Source: Hormoscilla sp.
GTDB lineage: Bacteria; Cyanobacteriota; Cyanobacteriia; Cyanobacteriales; Desertifilaceae
DNA: 64,000 bases
Assembly (NCBI GenBank): GCA_051439505.1
Contig: JBFRWI010000217.1
Span: forward strand, 1-64,000
Direction of reading: 5' to 3'
Positions 51,968 through 62,169 of this stretch are shown piece after piece. The translations under genes and the position numbers were made by a program. Under the pieces are notes generated by a model that was not told where the DNA came from, did not search any database, and saw only the letters and a list, made by a program, of their open reading frames with translations. How positions within the stretch are numbered: position 1 is the stretch's first letter; every line of letters begins with the position of its first letter.

Positions 51968-52308
51968 TTCGAGGTCAACAATGGAAGCGATCGCCTGTAC
52001 CATTCATACTATAATAGTATAAATCGGCAAGGAGGTAAACGCCCGATCGCGCGCGCATACCAGAAACAGGGTTTCTGCCGAAGATATTAGCATCCAGATA
52101 TAGAATGTAAAAGAAACCCGGTTTATCCGGCTCCTACCCGTAAGCCTTTCGTTGCAAAGATAACTGTAGGGGCGTAGCGCTACGCGCACTGCGCCCACTG
52201 CGCAGCGGCTGCGCAGCAGCTAGCATTTGGGCGATAATTTATGAGACAAACCGACAATGTATATATCCAAATGCTTCGCCCTGCCCCCCGCGAATATGTC
52301 TCAAGAAC

Positions 52309-52459
52309 GGGTGCATCTGGATCCTTTGCCTCGCCCGAACCCTAAAGGGTCCGGCTACATGAACAAAGCAATGTCATTGCGAGCGCAGCGCGGCAACCTT
52401 CCTGCGCGGGCTAAATTACATGTATTATAAATGTAGCTTTGCGAAAGTGAGATGCACCC
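52309..52459. mobile_element. 151-bp MITE with 10-bp TIR and 8-bp TSD
   Basis: GGGTGCATCT...AGATGCACCC flanked by TCAAGAAC at 52301-52308 and 52460-52467. Confidence 0.85.
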
Positions 52460-52745
52460 TCAAGAACTCATGTTAAGGAAAAAACATATCGACGATCGGG
52501 CTTGTGGTCCGATCGTACTTGTGGGACGATCGGGGTCTGGGCGATGTGGCTTGGTGTTGCATTGCGGAAGAAAATTTGTCCGTGGGTATCTTCCCCGATC
52601 GCCCCTTAGCTTGCACCCCTACAAAAACGATCGGGGTCTGGCTGGCAGGGGGCGGGCGCTAGCAAACGGGATATCAAACTTTCCCCCCGTGGTAGGGAAG
52701 GCCGTGATACAATTAGCATTACTGTAGAAGTGGGGATAAAACGCT

Positions 52746-53324
52746 ATGTTCATGAGCAAGGCATACAGAAAAGCAAAGCAGCGCATTGACCAAGCACGGC
52801 GAGATGGATCGACAATACTCGATCTCAGCGGTATGGGCCTCACGGAGGTGCCGAAGGCGATCGGAAAACTCACCTCGTTGCAACAACTTGACCTCTCAAG
52901 AAACCAAATAAGCAGCCTGCCAGAAGTGCTGGGAAAACTCACCTCGTTGCAAGAGCTTGACCTCTCAAGAAACAAAATAAGCAGCCTGCCAGAAGCGCTG
53001 GGAAAACTCACCTCGTTGCAAGTGCTTAGCCTCGCTTTCAACCCAATAAGCAGCCTGCCAGAAGTACTGGGAAAACTCACCTCGTTGCAACGGCTTCACC
53101 TCTTGGGAGACCCAATAAACAGCCTGCCAAAAGTAATCAAACAATTAAGTCAGTTGGAACAGCTTGACCTGGACGACAGGATTTTCTTTGACCAGGACGG
53201 CAATTTTATCAGCCCCGAAATCGCTGCTGCTTACGAACGAGGCACCAAAGTAGTATTGGAATACCTGCGCTCTCAGGCCCGATCGCGGGTATAGTTGAAC
53301 GAAGCCAAGCTAATTTTGGTGGGT
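52746..53324 (+). pseudogene. LRR protein; truncated LRR-Roc-COR (Roco) gene
   Basis: 23-aa LRRs (LPEVLGKLTSLQELDLSRNKISS), cap PEI...G...VLEYLR, TAG at 53292, then in-frame LNEAKLILVG. Confidence 0.8.
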
Positions 53325-53365
53325 ACACACCCGCAATTTCAGTATGAAGACGAGTACAGTTAAAT

Positions 53366-53495
53366 GGGTGCGGTCACAAGTAGTTGATAGCCGCATTGAT
53401 GATGCATGTAATCTAGCCCGCGCAGGAAGGTTGCCGCGCTGCGCTCGCAATGACATTGCTTTGTTCGAGTAGCCGGACCCTTTAGGGTTCGGGCG
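53366..53495. mobile_element. Second, inverted and incomplete copy of the 52309-52459 MITE
   Basis: About 95-bp core is the near-exact reverse complement of 52332-52425; starts GGGTGCGGTCAC. Confidence 0.8.
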
Positions 53496-53648
53496 GCGTT
53501 GGTAGGGGCGGCGACCATTGTCAGGGAAGGATGGCAGGACAGGCGATCGCTCCTGAAACCAACCAGTGCAAGACCACACCCAGACCGCACCGGTCCTGGG
53601 TACTTTTACCTCCACCGGCACCTACTAGCTGCTACCGGTGCCCCACTG

Positions 53649-53873
53649 TTGAGGTTTAAAACGTCTCCCTTGAGGTTTAAAACGTCTCCCTTGAGGTTTA
53701 AAACGTCTCCCTTGAGGTTTTAAACCTCTCCGTTGGGGTTTAAAACCTCTCCGTTGGGGTTTAAAACCTCTCCGTTGGGGTTTAAAACCTCTCCGTTGGG
53801 GTTTAAAACCTCTCCGTTGAGGTTTAAAACCTCTCCGTTGGGGTTTGAAACCTCTCCGTTGGGGTTTGAAACC
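53649..53873. repeat. 21-bp tandem array, about 10.7 units (TTGRGGTTTAAAACSTCTCCS)
   Basis: Units counted directly; no spacers. Confidence 0.95.
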
Positions 53874-54000
53874 GGTGTGGTCTTGCGCCCGTTGTCAACC
53901 GTTCGCCGTGAACTGTTCGCCGTTCGCTGCGAGGGAGTTCCCCTGGGTACAGGATTTCAGTATGAAGAGGAGTACAGTTAAATCACGGACCTGGGAGTCG

Positions 54001-54133
54001 GGTCCTGGGCACTTTTACCTCCACCGGCACCTACTAGCGGCTACCGGTGCCCCACTGTTGGGGTTTCAAACGTCTCCCTTGGGGTTTGAAACCGGTGTGG
54101 TCTTGCGCCCGTTGTCAACCGTTCGCCGTGAAC
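54001..54133. repeat. Duplicate of module 53592-53913 with only about 1.7 of the 21-bp units
   Basis: Flanks nearly identical; length difference 189 bp = 9 x 21. Confidence 0.9.
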
Positions 54134-54228
54134 AACATTCGCGACCCTTGGGATGCTACAAGTTAGAAAATGGATCGAGAAGAATTTAGAAATTACTGGA
54201 ATAGTCAAGCCATTTATTCATTGAGACA

Positions 54229-54711
54229 ATGAAAGTCAAAGTTTTGTCTATTAAACCGGCCCAAGCGCCTAACTCCCATGAGGTATTATTATCCATTGGT
54301 GAAGAGCGGCAAATCTTCATGTTTACAACTGAAGTTAATCTAGTGGGTGCTTTTCAACTGCAAACTACTCATGCAGAGCCACGGTTCTCAGAGTTGTTTA
54401 AATTTAATCAACGAGTTGCCATGAATGTGAGTAATTTGGTGGTTAAATCTTACAAAAAAGAAGTAGTTTAACTGCCATGTGGTATTTTTTGTCACGAAGA
54501 AGCTTTATCGAAGCCCTTTGAATACAACCGTAAACAAGCAATATCCGATGGCAGCAAAGAAGGTTTAATTAATCGAGAGCAAAAGTCAAAAATGAGTCAT
54601 GATATTCGTCACAAGGCGATGGCGTTAATCGAACATTTGCCGGAATCTTTACTGGATGAAGCAGTTATTTTTTGGGAATCTTTGTATGTTAAGGCTAATA
54701 ATTTAGAGTAG
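54229..54711 (+). pseudogene. Hypothetical gene with one in-frame TAA (54469-54471), or two same-frame small genes
   Basis: Frame stays open after the stop: LPCGIFCHEE...MSHDIRHKAMALIEHLPESLLDEAVIFWESL...*. Confidence 0.55.
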
Positions 54712-54944
54712 CGCTCCTCATTCTCGCTATAGGAGAACAACCGTGAAAAGATTGATGAGATTCCGAAGGGCGATCGCGAGTAGGCTAGAAACCGGGTTTC
54801 TTTTACAAACTCTGGCCTCAGGAGCAAAAATTATTGCAGAAACCCGGTTTATTGGTCTGAGGGTCTTATGGGCGATCGGGGGCCGCGCGTGAGGACCGTG
54901 AGTAGTTGTCAAAGATATATTAATGAAGCACTAGGGGGTTAAAA

Positions 54945-55175
54945 ATGCGAAAGCAGCGGATAGTATACACATCACCTTTGGATGCGCTGATTGCGGTAGC
55001 AAAGCGTCTGAGTTTGTATGAAAGTCAGCACAGTATGGATTCTGAGGAGTTTTTCGATCGCTATAGCAAGGGGCAACTTGCGGATGAAGTAGCGTTTGTA
55101 GAATGGGCAAATGATTATCGCCACTTTTTGGTGTTACGGCAAGATGTAGAAAAGCTGTTACAAAATGTTGCATAA
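54945..55175 (+). CDS. Putative antitoxin (TumA-like)
   Basis: LSLYE...MDSEEFF..Y..G.L.D...FVEW; overlaps the next gene. Confidence 0.7.
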   Translation: MRKQRIVYTSPLDALIAVAKRLSLYESQHSMDSEEFFDRYSKGQLADEVAFVEWANDYRHFLVLRQDVEKLLQNVA

Positions 55176-55554
55176 AACACTGGATGACTATCTCGTGCGG
55201 ATTGAACAGATACTCATGGCATTAGAGAATGCCTATATCGAGCGCTATGAGGAAGAAATTTTGACCCCACAGCGCGCAAATTTGCGGATTCGCGTTCGTT
55301 TTACAGGAGGCCATTTGTTGGAAATTAATGAGGCGATCGCGGTTGAGACAGATGTGTTGATGTGGCTAGATTATCGGTATCACTGTCAGGATGAGCAAAA
55401 TAACTTAATTTTTCGGTATGATAGCACTCCTCATTTTCCCGAGTTGTCCAGTTTCCCGCATCACAAGCATTTACCAGATGAAGTAATTGCTTGTCAAAAA
55501 CCGGATATTGGTGAAGTTATACAGGCAGTATCACAAGACAATTGCGCCATATAA
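55165..55554 (+). CDS. DUF6516/TumE-like toxin
   Basis: YRYH.QD...IFRYDSTPHFPELSSFPHHKH. Confidence 0.75.
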   Translation: MLHKTLDDYLVRIEQILMALENAYIERYEEEILTPQRANLRIRVRFTGGHLLEINEAIAVETDVLMWLDYRYHCQDEQNNLIFRYDSTPHFPELSSFPHHKHLPDEVIACQKPDIGEVIQAVSQDNCAI

Positions 55555-55667
55555 TATACGATCGTGCCCATGTCTTGCGATCCTGGGAGGCGTTTGAATC
55601 TACAGTAAAACCTGCCTGTTTTCCTCAAGCAACAACAACTGGTTCCATTCGCCAAAATGATCGCCCC

Positions 55668-56165
55668 AAACCCGGTTTCTTGGTCTTCGGGTCCACAGGG
55701 GCGATCGGGCGGGGGCCAGAAACCGGGTTTCTTTTACCAAATCTGGCATCATGAGCCAAAATTATCCCAGAAACCCGGTTTCTTGGTCTTGAGGTCCGGG
55801 GGGCGATCGGGCGTAGGCGAGAAACCGGGTTTCTTTTACCAACTCGGGTTGAGGAGCAAAAATTATTGCAGAAACCCGGTTTCTTGGTCTTGACGTCCGG
55901 GGGGCGATCGCGCTATAGCCAGAAACCGGGTTTCTTTTACTCATATCTTGCACCATTTTCAACTAGAGGCGGAGCCTCGATAACTCGTTCCCTGGCTCCG
56001 CCAGGGAACGAGGGGAGCTTTTAGTGGGTTTTAACCCACTTTAGCTATTAGCCGTGGGTTTTAACCCACGGCGGGCCAGGAGACCAATTGAGAATGGGGT
56101 GAAACCGGGTTTCTTTTACCAACTCTGGCCTCAGGATCCAAAATGATCGGGTGAAACCCGGTTTC
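55668..56165. repeat. Array of AGAAACCSGGTTTCT palindromes at about 50-bp spacing plus other REP-like hairpins
   Basis: Six copies in 55668-55935 and two in 56101-56165. Further pairs near 11486, 17353, 44528, 52062, 54786 and 62201. Confidence 0.9.
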
Positions 56166-56279
56166 TTGTCTGGTCCCGTCCTGTTTTGTGTTAGGATAAC
56201 AAAAGACCGGGTAATCAGCTTACTGCTGTTGGGTAAGGGACCTCAACCCAACCTACGACTAACCTCGCCAAAATATCTT

Positions 56280-56771
56280 ATGTCACCAGATACCGAGAAC
56301 CTAATATTGCGTTCAGCTACCCCAGATGATGCGCCAATACTGTTTGAACTGATTAAAGCGTTAGCAGAGTATGAAAATCTATCCCATCAAGTTGTGGGTA
56401 ACGTAGATGCTTTGAAAGAACATCTTATAGGCGATCGCCCCTTAGTGGAAGCTATCTTAGCTGAAGTAGAGGAGGGCAAAGCTGTGGGTTTTGCCCTATT
56501 TTTTCAGAACTATTCCACATTCTTAACCAAACCAGGAATTCATCTAGAGGATCTATTTGTGTTGCCCGCATATCGGCGTCAAGGTATCGGTAAAGCCCTG
56601 ATTACTTATCTGGCAAAACTGGCCGTTCAGCGCAACTGCGGGCGGATGGAATGGGCAGTTTTAGACTGGAACGAACCCGCGATCGCATTTTATCGCCATA
56701 TCGGTGCCGAGATTCTCCCCGACTGGCGAATTTGCCGTCTGACAGACGAAGAATTATCTCGTATGAAGTGA
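56280..56771 (+). CDS. GNAT N-acetyltransferase (diamine acetyltransferase-like)
   Basis: YSTFL..PGIHLEDLFV...RRQGIGKAL, VLDWNEPAI.FY. Confidence 0.9.
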   Translation: MSPDTENLILRSATPDDAPILFELIKALAEYENLSHQVVGNVDALKEHLIGDRPLVEAILAEVEEGKAVGFALFFQNYSTFLTKPGIHLEDLFVLPAYRRQGIGKALITYLAKLAVQRNCGRMEWAVLDWNEPAIAFYRHIGAEILPDWRICRLTDEELSRMK

Positions 56772-56827
56772 ATTGTTGATTTTTAGCCAACTGACAACTG
56801 ACAACTGACAACCTACAACTAACATCA

Positions 56828-59545
56828 TCATTCATCTGTATCAGAATAGACTGGTAACCTAACAGTAAAAGTTGTACCCACGCCGACTTCACTTGTAAAA
56901 GAAATATCACCGCCATGCAAGTCCACCGCTTTTTTCACAATTGCTAACCCCAAACCCGTCCCAGTAATGCTGCCCACATTGTGGCCGCGATGAAAAGACT
57001 TAAACAGTCGTCCTCGATCCTCCTCCGGGATGCCAATGCCGCGATCTTGAATGCGAAAAATCACCATTTTTTTCTTACCTTGTCGCCAATTATCAGGGGA
57101 CTGACAAATAAGTTCAAAATTAATTGGGCCACCGTCAGCATTATATTTGATAGCATTAGTCAGCAAATTAGTCAATAGTTGCCGCAGGAGTTTTTCATCC
57201 ACTACCGCCTGGGGACAATTCCCTTGAAAGTCAAACCTTAGCTGCTGGTTTTCTCGGGTTGTAGCTTGCAGTTCTTCAGTCAAATCCTGGCAGAAGATCG
57301 CCAAATTTATGGGTTTCGGGTTAAATTCCAGCGGCTCGTCCTCAGCTTTATTTATAATCAGGACATCATCAACCAGTTGAGTCAGATGGTTAACAGCAGC
57401 TTTAATGCGATGGAGATATTGAAGTTTTTTCTCATCTGTCCATTTGTAACCGTAATATTCTAGTAACTCAGCAGAAGATAAAATAGTGGTTAGCGGGGTG
57501 CGGTACTCATGGTTAACCACAGAGACAATGCGGGATTTCAGTTGGGATAGTTCTCTTTCTGTTTTCAAAGCTTTGAGCACTTCGACTTCCGCCCGCTTGC
57601 GCTCGGCGATATCGCGGACGAAAGCACATTGATATTCCTTGCCCTTGAATTTCAGGTAATTGGCAGTAATTTCTACCGATAAGAAGCGACCATCCTGCCT
57701 TTTATAATTAGATTCAAAGGTTAAAGATTGTTTTTCTTTCAGCAAAGTCCAACGCTGGGCCCAAACCTCAGCAGGATAGTTAGCTTCAATCTCAGAGATC
57801 GTCATCCCTAGCAATTCCTCGCGATCGTAACCCAGTAGCAGACAGGCGGCCTCATTTACATACAACAATCGCCCATCTAACCCGATCCAGAAGACAGCTT
57901 CCGCCGCCCGATCGACCGTAAACTGAGTCACCTGCAATGCCTCTTGGGCCCGCTGGCGCTGCGCGATCTCCGAACGCAACTGTTGGTTAGTCTGGCGAAT
58001 TTGGGCAGTGCGTTCTTCGACTCTCATTTCCAACTGTTCGTTGGCCTTTTGCAGGGCATCAACAGCCAGTTGACGCTTAGTCACGTCCAGAACCAAAGAC
58101 AGGATAGAGACTAAATGGCCTGACTCGTCTCGCAGGGCCGAATTATACCATTCGCAATGAACCACAGCGCCCGTGGAAGTCAAGTTCCGGTTGCGACTGA
58201 TATTGCGAGGCTGACTGCCATCTATTAACCGCGCCATCACCTCAGTGAAGGCTTTCAGATCGGCGTCGTAGACGAAGGGCCACTCACTAAAATGCTTGCC
58301 GAGAACCTCTCGATCTTTCCAGCCAAAGATTTTCTCAGCCTGACCGGACCAACGCTGGATGCGAAACTTATTGTCCCATTCCACCACTGCCAGGGGAGAG
58401 TTTTCGACATGAAAAGTTAAGCGTTGATGAGCTTGTTGTAAAGCTGCTGCTGCCCGTTGGCGTTCGGAGATATCCCTCGCGATGCCGCGATATCCGCGAA
58501 AGGTGCCATTCAAGTCAAAGAAGGGAACGCCGCTGGTCTCTAAGAGCACTTCCCGACCGTTTTGATGGCGCTGGCTATGTTCCATACAGCTCAATGGCAA
58601 CTGGGACAAGGCAATTTCCGCAAAAATCTTGGCAACACGAGCAGCTTCTAACCAAGACATGAAGTTGAAGGGAGTTTTCCCCACCATTTCTGCTGGTTCA
58701 TAGCCCAAGATATCCCGCACTTTCGGACTGACGTAAGTGTAGACGGCGTTTTCATCTATTTCCCACACCCAATCACTGGTGGTTTCCACCAGGTTGCGAA
58801 ATCGCTCTTCGCTATGTTGCAGGGCCACCTGCATCCGCTTGCGTTCCGCTAGTTCCGTTTTCAGTTGCTGGTAAAGTTCTGATTGTTGAATGGCGATCGC
58901 GACATGGGTTGCCAGACTCTTGACCAACTCTATTTCCGACTCTTGCCACTGGCGGGAAGAGCGGCATTGGTGAGCTACTAGCAAACCCCACAATTTATTA
59001 GCGCTTTTCTTTTCCTTGTCCGGACTATTTTGCACGATCGGCACCACCAGGTTAGCCTGTACCTGAAAATAGGCCAGTAAATCTATATGACACTGGGATA
59101 GACTTGTCCTGTAGATATCTGCTATTGCGAGGATGCGACCATTTTTGTAAAGATTTACATATTCCTCCGTAAAACAAGGATCTTTGATAGTGATTCCTAA
59201 CATCGATGTCCAGTTACTGGCTACCGATTCTACTACTATCTCACCGCTCCAATCTGGCTGAAAACGATATATTATGACTCGATCGCAGCCTAGTAGTTGC
59301 CGGACTTCTGAGACCGTCGTGTTGAGAATTTCCTCCAGATTCAGAGATTTGCCGATCCGCCGGGCGATCGCCGCTAACAGGCGATCCCCACTTTTGCTGC
59401 TCGGGCTGGGTGTTTGTGATTCTAGTAACACAACTAAAGCTTGTGGTTTGACTCTTTTGTATTCTAGCACACAAATAGTTTTCACCTCGATTTTTCGCGC
59501 AGCGTTCCCCTGTCCCATCCAGTCGGGATCTGGACCGGGAGACAC
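56828..59545 (-). CDS. Cyanobacteriochrome GAF, three PAS, histidine kinase
   Basis: DRVIIYRF, DPCF, CH, ANLVVPI, LWGLLVAHQC; NHEYRTPL; GTGLGL. Start uncertain. Confidence 0.88.
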   Translation of the reverse strand: MSPGPDPDWMGQGNAARKIEVKTICVLEYKRVKPQALVVLLESQTPSPSSKSGDRLLAAIARRIGKSLNLEEILNTTVSEVRQLLGCDRVIIYRFQPDWSGEIVVESVASNWTSMLGITIKDPCFTEEYVNLYKNGRILAIADIYRTSLSQCHIDLLAYFQVQANLVVPIVQNSPDKEKKSANKLWGLLVAHQCRSSRQWQESEIELVKSLATHVAIAIQQSELYQQLKTELAERKRMQVALQHSEERFRNLVETTSDWVWEIDENAVYTYVSPKVRDILGYEPAEMVGKTPFNFMSWLEAARVAKIFAEIALSQLPLSCMEHSQRHQNGREVLLETSGVPFFDLNGTFRGYRGIARDISERQRAAAALQQAHQRLTFHVENSPLAVVEWDNKFRIQRWSGQAEKIFGWKDREVLGKHFSEWPFVYDADLKAFTEVMARLIDGSQPRNISRNRNLTSTGAVVHCEWYNSALRDESGHLVSILSLVLDVTKRQLAVDALQKANEQLEMRVEERTAQIRQTNQQLRSEIAQRQRAQEALQVTQFTVDRAAEAVFWIGLDGRLLYVNEAACLLLGYDREELLGMTISEIEANYPAEVWAQRWTLLKEKQSLTFESNYKRQDGRFLSVEITANYLKFKGKEYQCAFVRDIAERKRAEVEVLKALKTERELSQLKSRIVSVVNHEYRTPLTTILSSAELLEYYGYKWTDEKKLQYLHRIKAAVNHLTQLVDDVLIINKAEDEPLEFNPKPINLAIFCQDLTEELQATTRENQQLRFDFQGNCPQAVVDEKLLRQLLTNLLTNAIKYNADGGPINFELICQSPDNWRQGKKKMVIFRIQDRGIGIPEEDRGRLFKSFHRGHNVGSITGTGLGLAIVKKAVDLHGGDISFTSEVGVGTTFTVRLPVYSDTDE

Positions 59546-59661
59546 CGAAGGTGTTTCCTGGGATCGCTAGTCGCACAACGGGCGGAAACACCGACTGGCC
59601 ATAATCGGTTTTGACGGTAATTAGTAATTGGTAAAATATATTTCCAAGACGATCGTCTAAT

Positions 59662-60711
59662 TCACGAACGGAATCTGGAACTGAGAGGACCAAGGAGGTG
59701 ATGGAGGCGTCGCAGTTGTTCGGCGGTGCCCATGCAGATCAATAAATCACCAGCTTGTAAGAGAGTTTCCCCTGTCGGACCGCCCAGCAGGGTGCCGTCA
59801 TAGCGGCGAATGGCTAAAACTAAAGCCCCGGTTTGCGATCGCAAATTAGTTTCTTGGAGGGATTGGCCGATGAAGGGACAGATTTGGGGATCGATCAGAA
59901 ACTCTTCCATGTAGAAAGATCGATTCTTACCTGTAATCATCCCATCGACAAAATGCATCACCTCGGGTCTGAGGGCAGCAGTCGCCATCCGCCGTCCGCC
60001 AGTAATATAGGGCGAGACAACGGCATCTGCACCCCCCCGTTGCAGTTTTTGGATGGCTTCTTCAGAACTGGCACGGGCGATCGCCCGAATGTGGGGATTG
60101 AGAGTCTTAGCAGAAAGTACAGTATAGAGGTTTTCGGCATCCGAGGGCAAAGCAGCGACTAAACAAATCGCCTGTTCGATCTTGGCGGTCAGCAAGGTTT
60201 CATCCAGAGTGGCATCTCCCTGGACCACCACGCAATTTAGCTCCTGGGCCTCCTTGATGAAGTCCGGATCCGAATCTATGACTACAAAAGAGATGCCTTC
60301 TGCCTTAAATTCTAAGGCAATTTGCCGCCCGGTGCGACCAAATCCACAGAGGATGTAATGTGAGTTCAGAGAATCTAGCAAGCGATGAAACTGCCTCCTT
60401 TTGATGCCTTCTTGAAAGTAGCCCTCAATCAGGGCTTCTGTCAAGCGATTGACAATGTAACCGATGCTAATCACCCCCATAAAAATCAGGGCGATGGTGA
60501 ACAACCGCCCCCGATCGCCCATCGGATGGATTTCCCCATAACCTACTGTCGCCAGGGTAATTACGGTCATGTAAGCCGCATCTGACAAGGACCAGCCCTC
60601 AACCAGCGCATACCATAAGGTGCCGAAGGCGAAGACCCCCCCTAGGGATAGGGCACCGAAAATTATTTGGGTTTGGAGGCGGCGATATTTCTGCTGTGAA
60701 GTCGAGTACAA
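59662..60711 (-). CDS. Two-TM potassium channel with RCK (TrkA-N/C) domains
   Basis: TVGYGE selectivity filter, CGFGRTG. Confidence 0.9.
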   Translation of the reverse strand: MYSTSQQKYRRLQTQIIFGALSLGGVFAFGTLWYALVEGWSLSDAAYMTVITLATVGYGEIHPMGDRGRLFTIALIFMGVISIGYIVNRLTEALIEGYFQEGIKRRQFHRLLDSLNSHYILCGFGRTGRQIALEFKAEGISFVVIDSDPDFIKEAQELNCVVVQGDATLDETLLTAKIEQAICLVAALPSDAENLYTVLSAKTLNPHIRAIARASSEEAIQKLQRGGADAVVSPYITGGRRMATAALRPEVMHFVDGMITGKNRSFYMEEFLIDPQICPFIGQSLQETNLRSQTGALVLAIRRYDGTLLGGPTGETLLQAGDLLICMGTAEQLRRLHHLLGPLSSRFRS

Positions 60712-60897
60712 TGCTAGTCACCAATTGTAAATTGCAAATTGTAAATTGCAAATCGAGTAATCCAACAGTATGGTTGCAGATCCACACTGCCTGGGAAATT
60801 GTGAGGATATACTGACAGAAAATTGACTCTTACGCAGGTTTTGAGGATATAATTGTCAACTCAGGATCTGTAAGCCGTTAAGCAAAAGGATAAGCCA

Positions 60898-62169
60898 GTG
60901 AGCCACCAAACCGCTACGTTAAACCCGCCCATGACTACGGAGTCAACTCCGGTGCAGTCAAGTGCTTTCAATGAAGCAGAGTTTGATAATTATGTGATGT
61001 CCACCTACGGGCGCTTCCCGATCGCCCTAGAACGGGGTGAAAAATGCCGCGTTTGGGATACGGAAGGACGCGAATATCTGGACTTTGTAGCTGGCATTGC
61101 TACTTGCGCCCTCGGACATGCTCACCCAGCACTGGTGGAAACGGTGACCCGTCAAATCCAGACCCTGCATCATGTTTCTAATCTTTATTATATTCCGGTG
61201 CAGGGGGAACTGGCGAAGTGGCTAGTAGAACATTCTTGTGCCGACAAGGTGTTTTTCTGTAACTCTGGGGCGGAGGCGAATGAAGGCGCGATTAAACTGG
61301 CGCGGAAATACGCCCACATAAAGTTAAATATTGACGAACCGGCGATCTTGACGGCTCATGCCAGCTTCCACGGACGCACCCTGGCAACAATTACTGCTAC
61401 AGGTCAACCCAAGTACCAAAAGAATTTTAGCCCCTTAATGCCCGGGTTTCATTACGTGCCTTATAACGATTTTGAGGCAGTAACACGGGCGATCGCCTCT
61501 CTGGATGCGGGTAAACGTCGGGTAGCGGCCATACTCCTAGAACCGTTACAAGGAGAAGGGGGCGTGCGTCCGGGGGATGTAGATTACTTCCTGCGGCTCA
61601 GGCAATTATGCGATCGCCAGGGCATTCTGCTGATCTTAGATGAAGTGCAGGTGGGCATGGGGCGGAGTGGCAAGCTTTGGGGTTATGAAAATCTCGGCAT
61701 TGAACCGGATATCTTCACTTCTGCTAAGGCTTTAGGGGGCGGTATCCCCATTGGGGCCCTGATGTGCAAGCAGTTTTGCGACGTGTTTGAGCCCGGAAAT
61801 CATGCTAGCACATTTGGGGGCAATCCCTTTGCTTGTGCAGCGGCTTTGACTGTCTGCCAAACTATGGAAAAAGAGCAAATTATCCAAAATGTCGGGGAAC
61901 GGGGAGAACAACTGCGCCGGGGGTTGAGGGCGATCGCCGCTAAATATCCCAAACTTATTGCTGAGGTACGCGGTTGGGGTTTAATTAACGCTATGGAACT
62001 GGCGGCTGACATTGAGCTGACATCTGCTGATGTCGTTAAGGCGGCAATGGCGGAAGGCTTGCTCCTGGTTCCTGCCGGTCCTAAAGTGGTCCGGTTTGTG
62101 CCACCCCTGATCGTCTCCGCCTCGGAAGTGGACATGGCACTGGCAGCAGTCGATCGGGCAATGTCCTAG
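60898..62169 (+). CDS. argD: Acetylornithine aminotransferase
   Basis: NSGAEANE, FHGRT, DEVQ, SAKALGGG, STFGGNP. Confidence 0.9.
   Translation: MSHQTATLNPPMTTESTPVQSSAFNEAEFDNYVMSTYGRFPIALERGEKCRVWDTEGREYLDFVAGIATCALGHAHPALVETVTRQIQTLHHVSNLYYIPVQGELAKWLVEHSCADKVFFCNSGAEANEGAIKLARKYAHIKLNIDEPAILTAHASFHGRTLATITATGQPKYQKNFSPLMPGFHYVPYNDFEAVTRAIASLDAGKRRVAAILLEPLQGEGGVRPGDVDYFLRLRQLCDRQGILLILDEVQVGMGRSGKLWGYENLGIEPDIFTSAKALGGGIPIGALMCKQFCDVFEPGNHASTFGGNPFACAAALTVCQTMEKEQIIQNVGERGEQLRRGLRAIAAKYPKLIAEVRGWGLINAMELAADIELTSADVVKAAMAEGLLLVPAGPKVVRFVPPLIVSASEVDMALAAVDRAMS

Noticed and set aside
53649..54093. CRISPR array (GTTT...GAAAC-like ends)
   Set aside because: Units are contiguous with no unique spacers, and no cas genes are in the window
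53499..54189. ORFs with FKTSPLG/R repeats
   Set aside because: Translation of the tandem DNA; interrupted by a stop in unit 4 and lacking a credible start
55668..55935. CRISPR-like periodicity
   Set aside because: The repeat is only 15 bp and the intervening sequences are themselves alternating conserved linkers
55542..56279. ORFs rich in KPGF/RNPVS/ETGFL, including the 5' extension of the GNAT ORF
   Set aside because: Spurious translations of the AGAAACCSGGTTTCT palindromes
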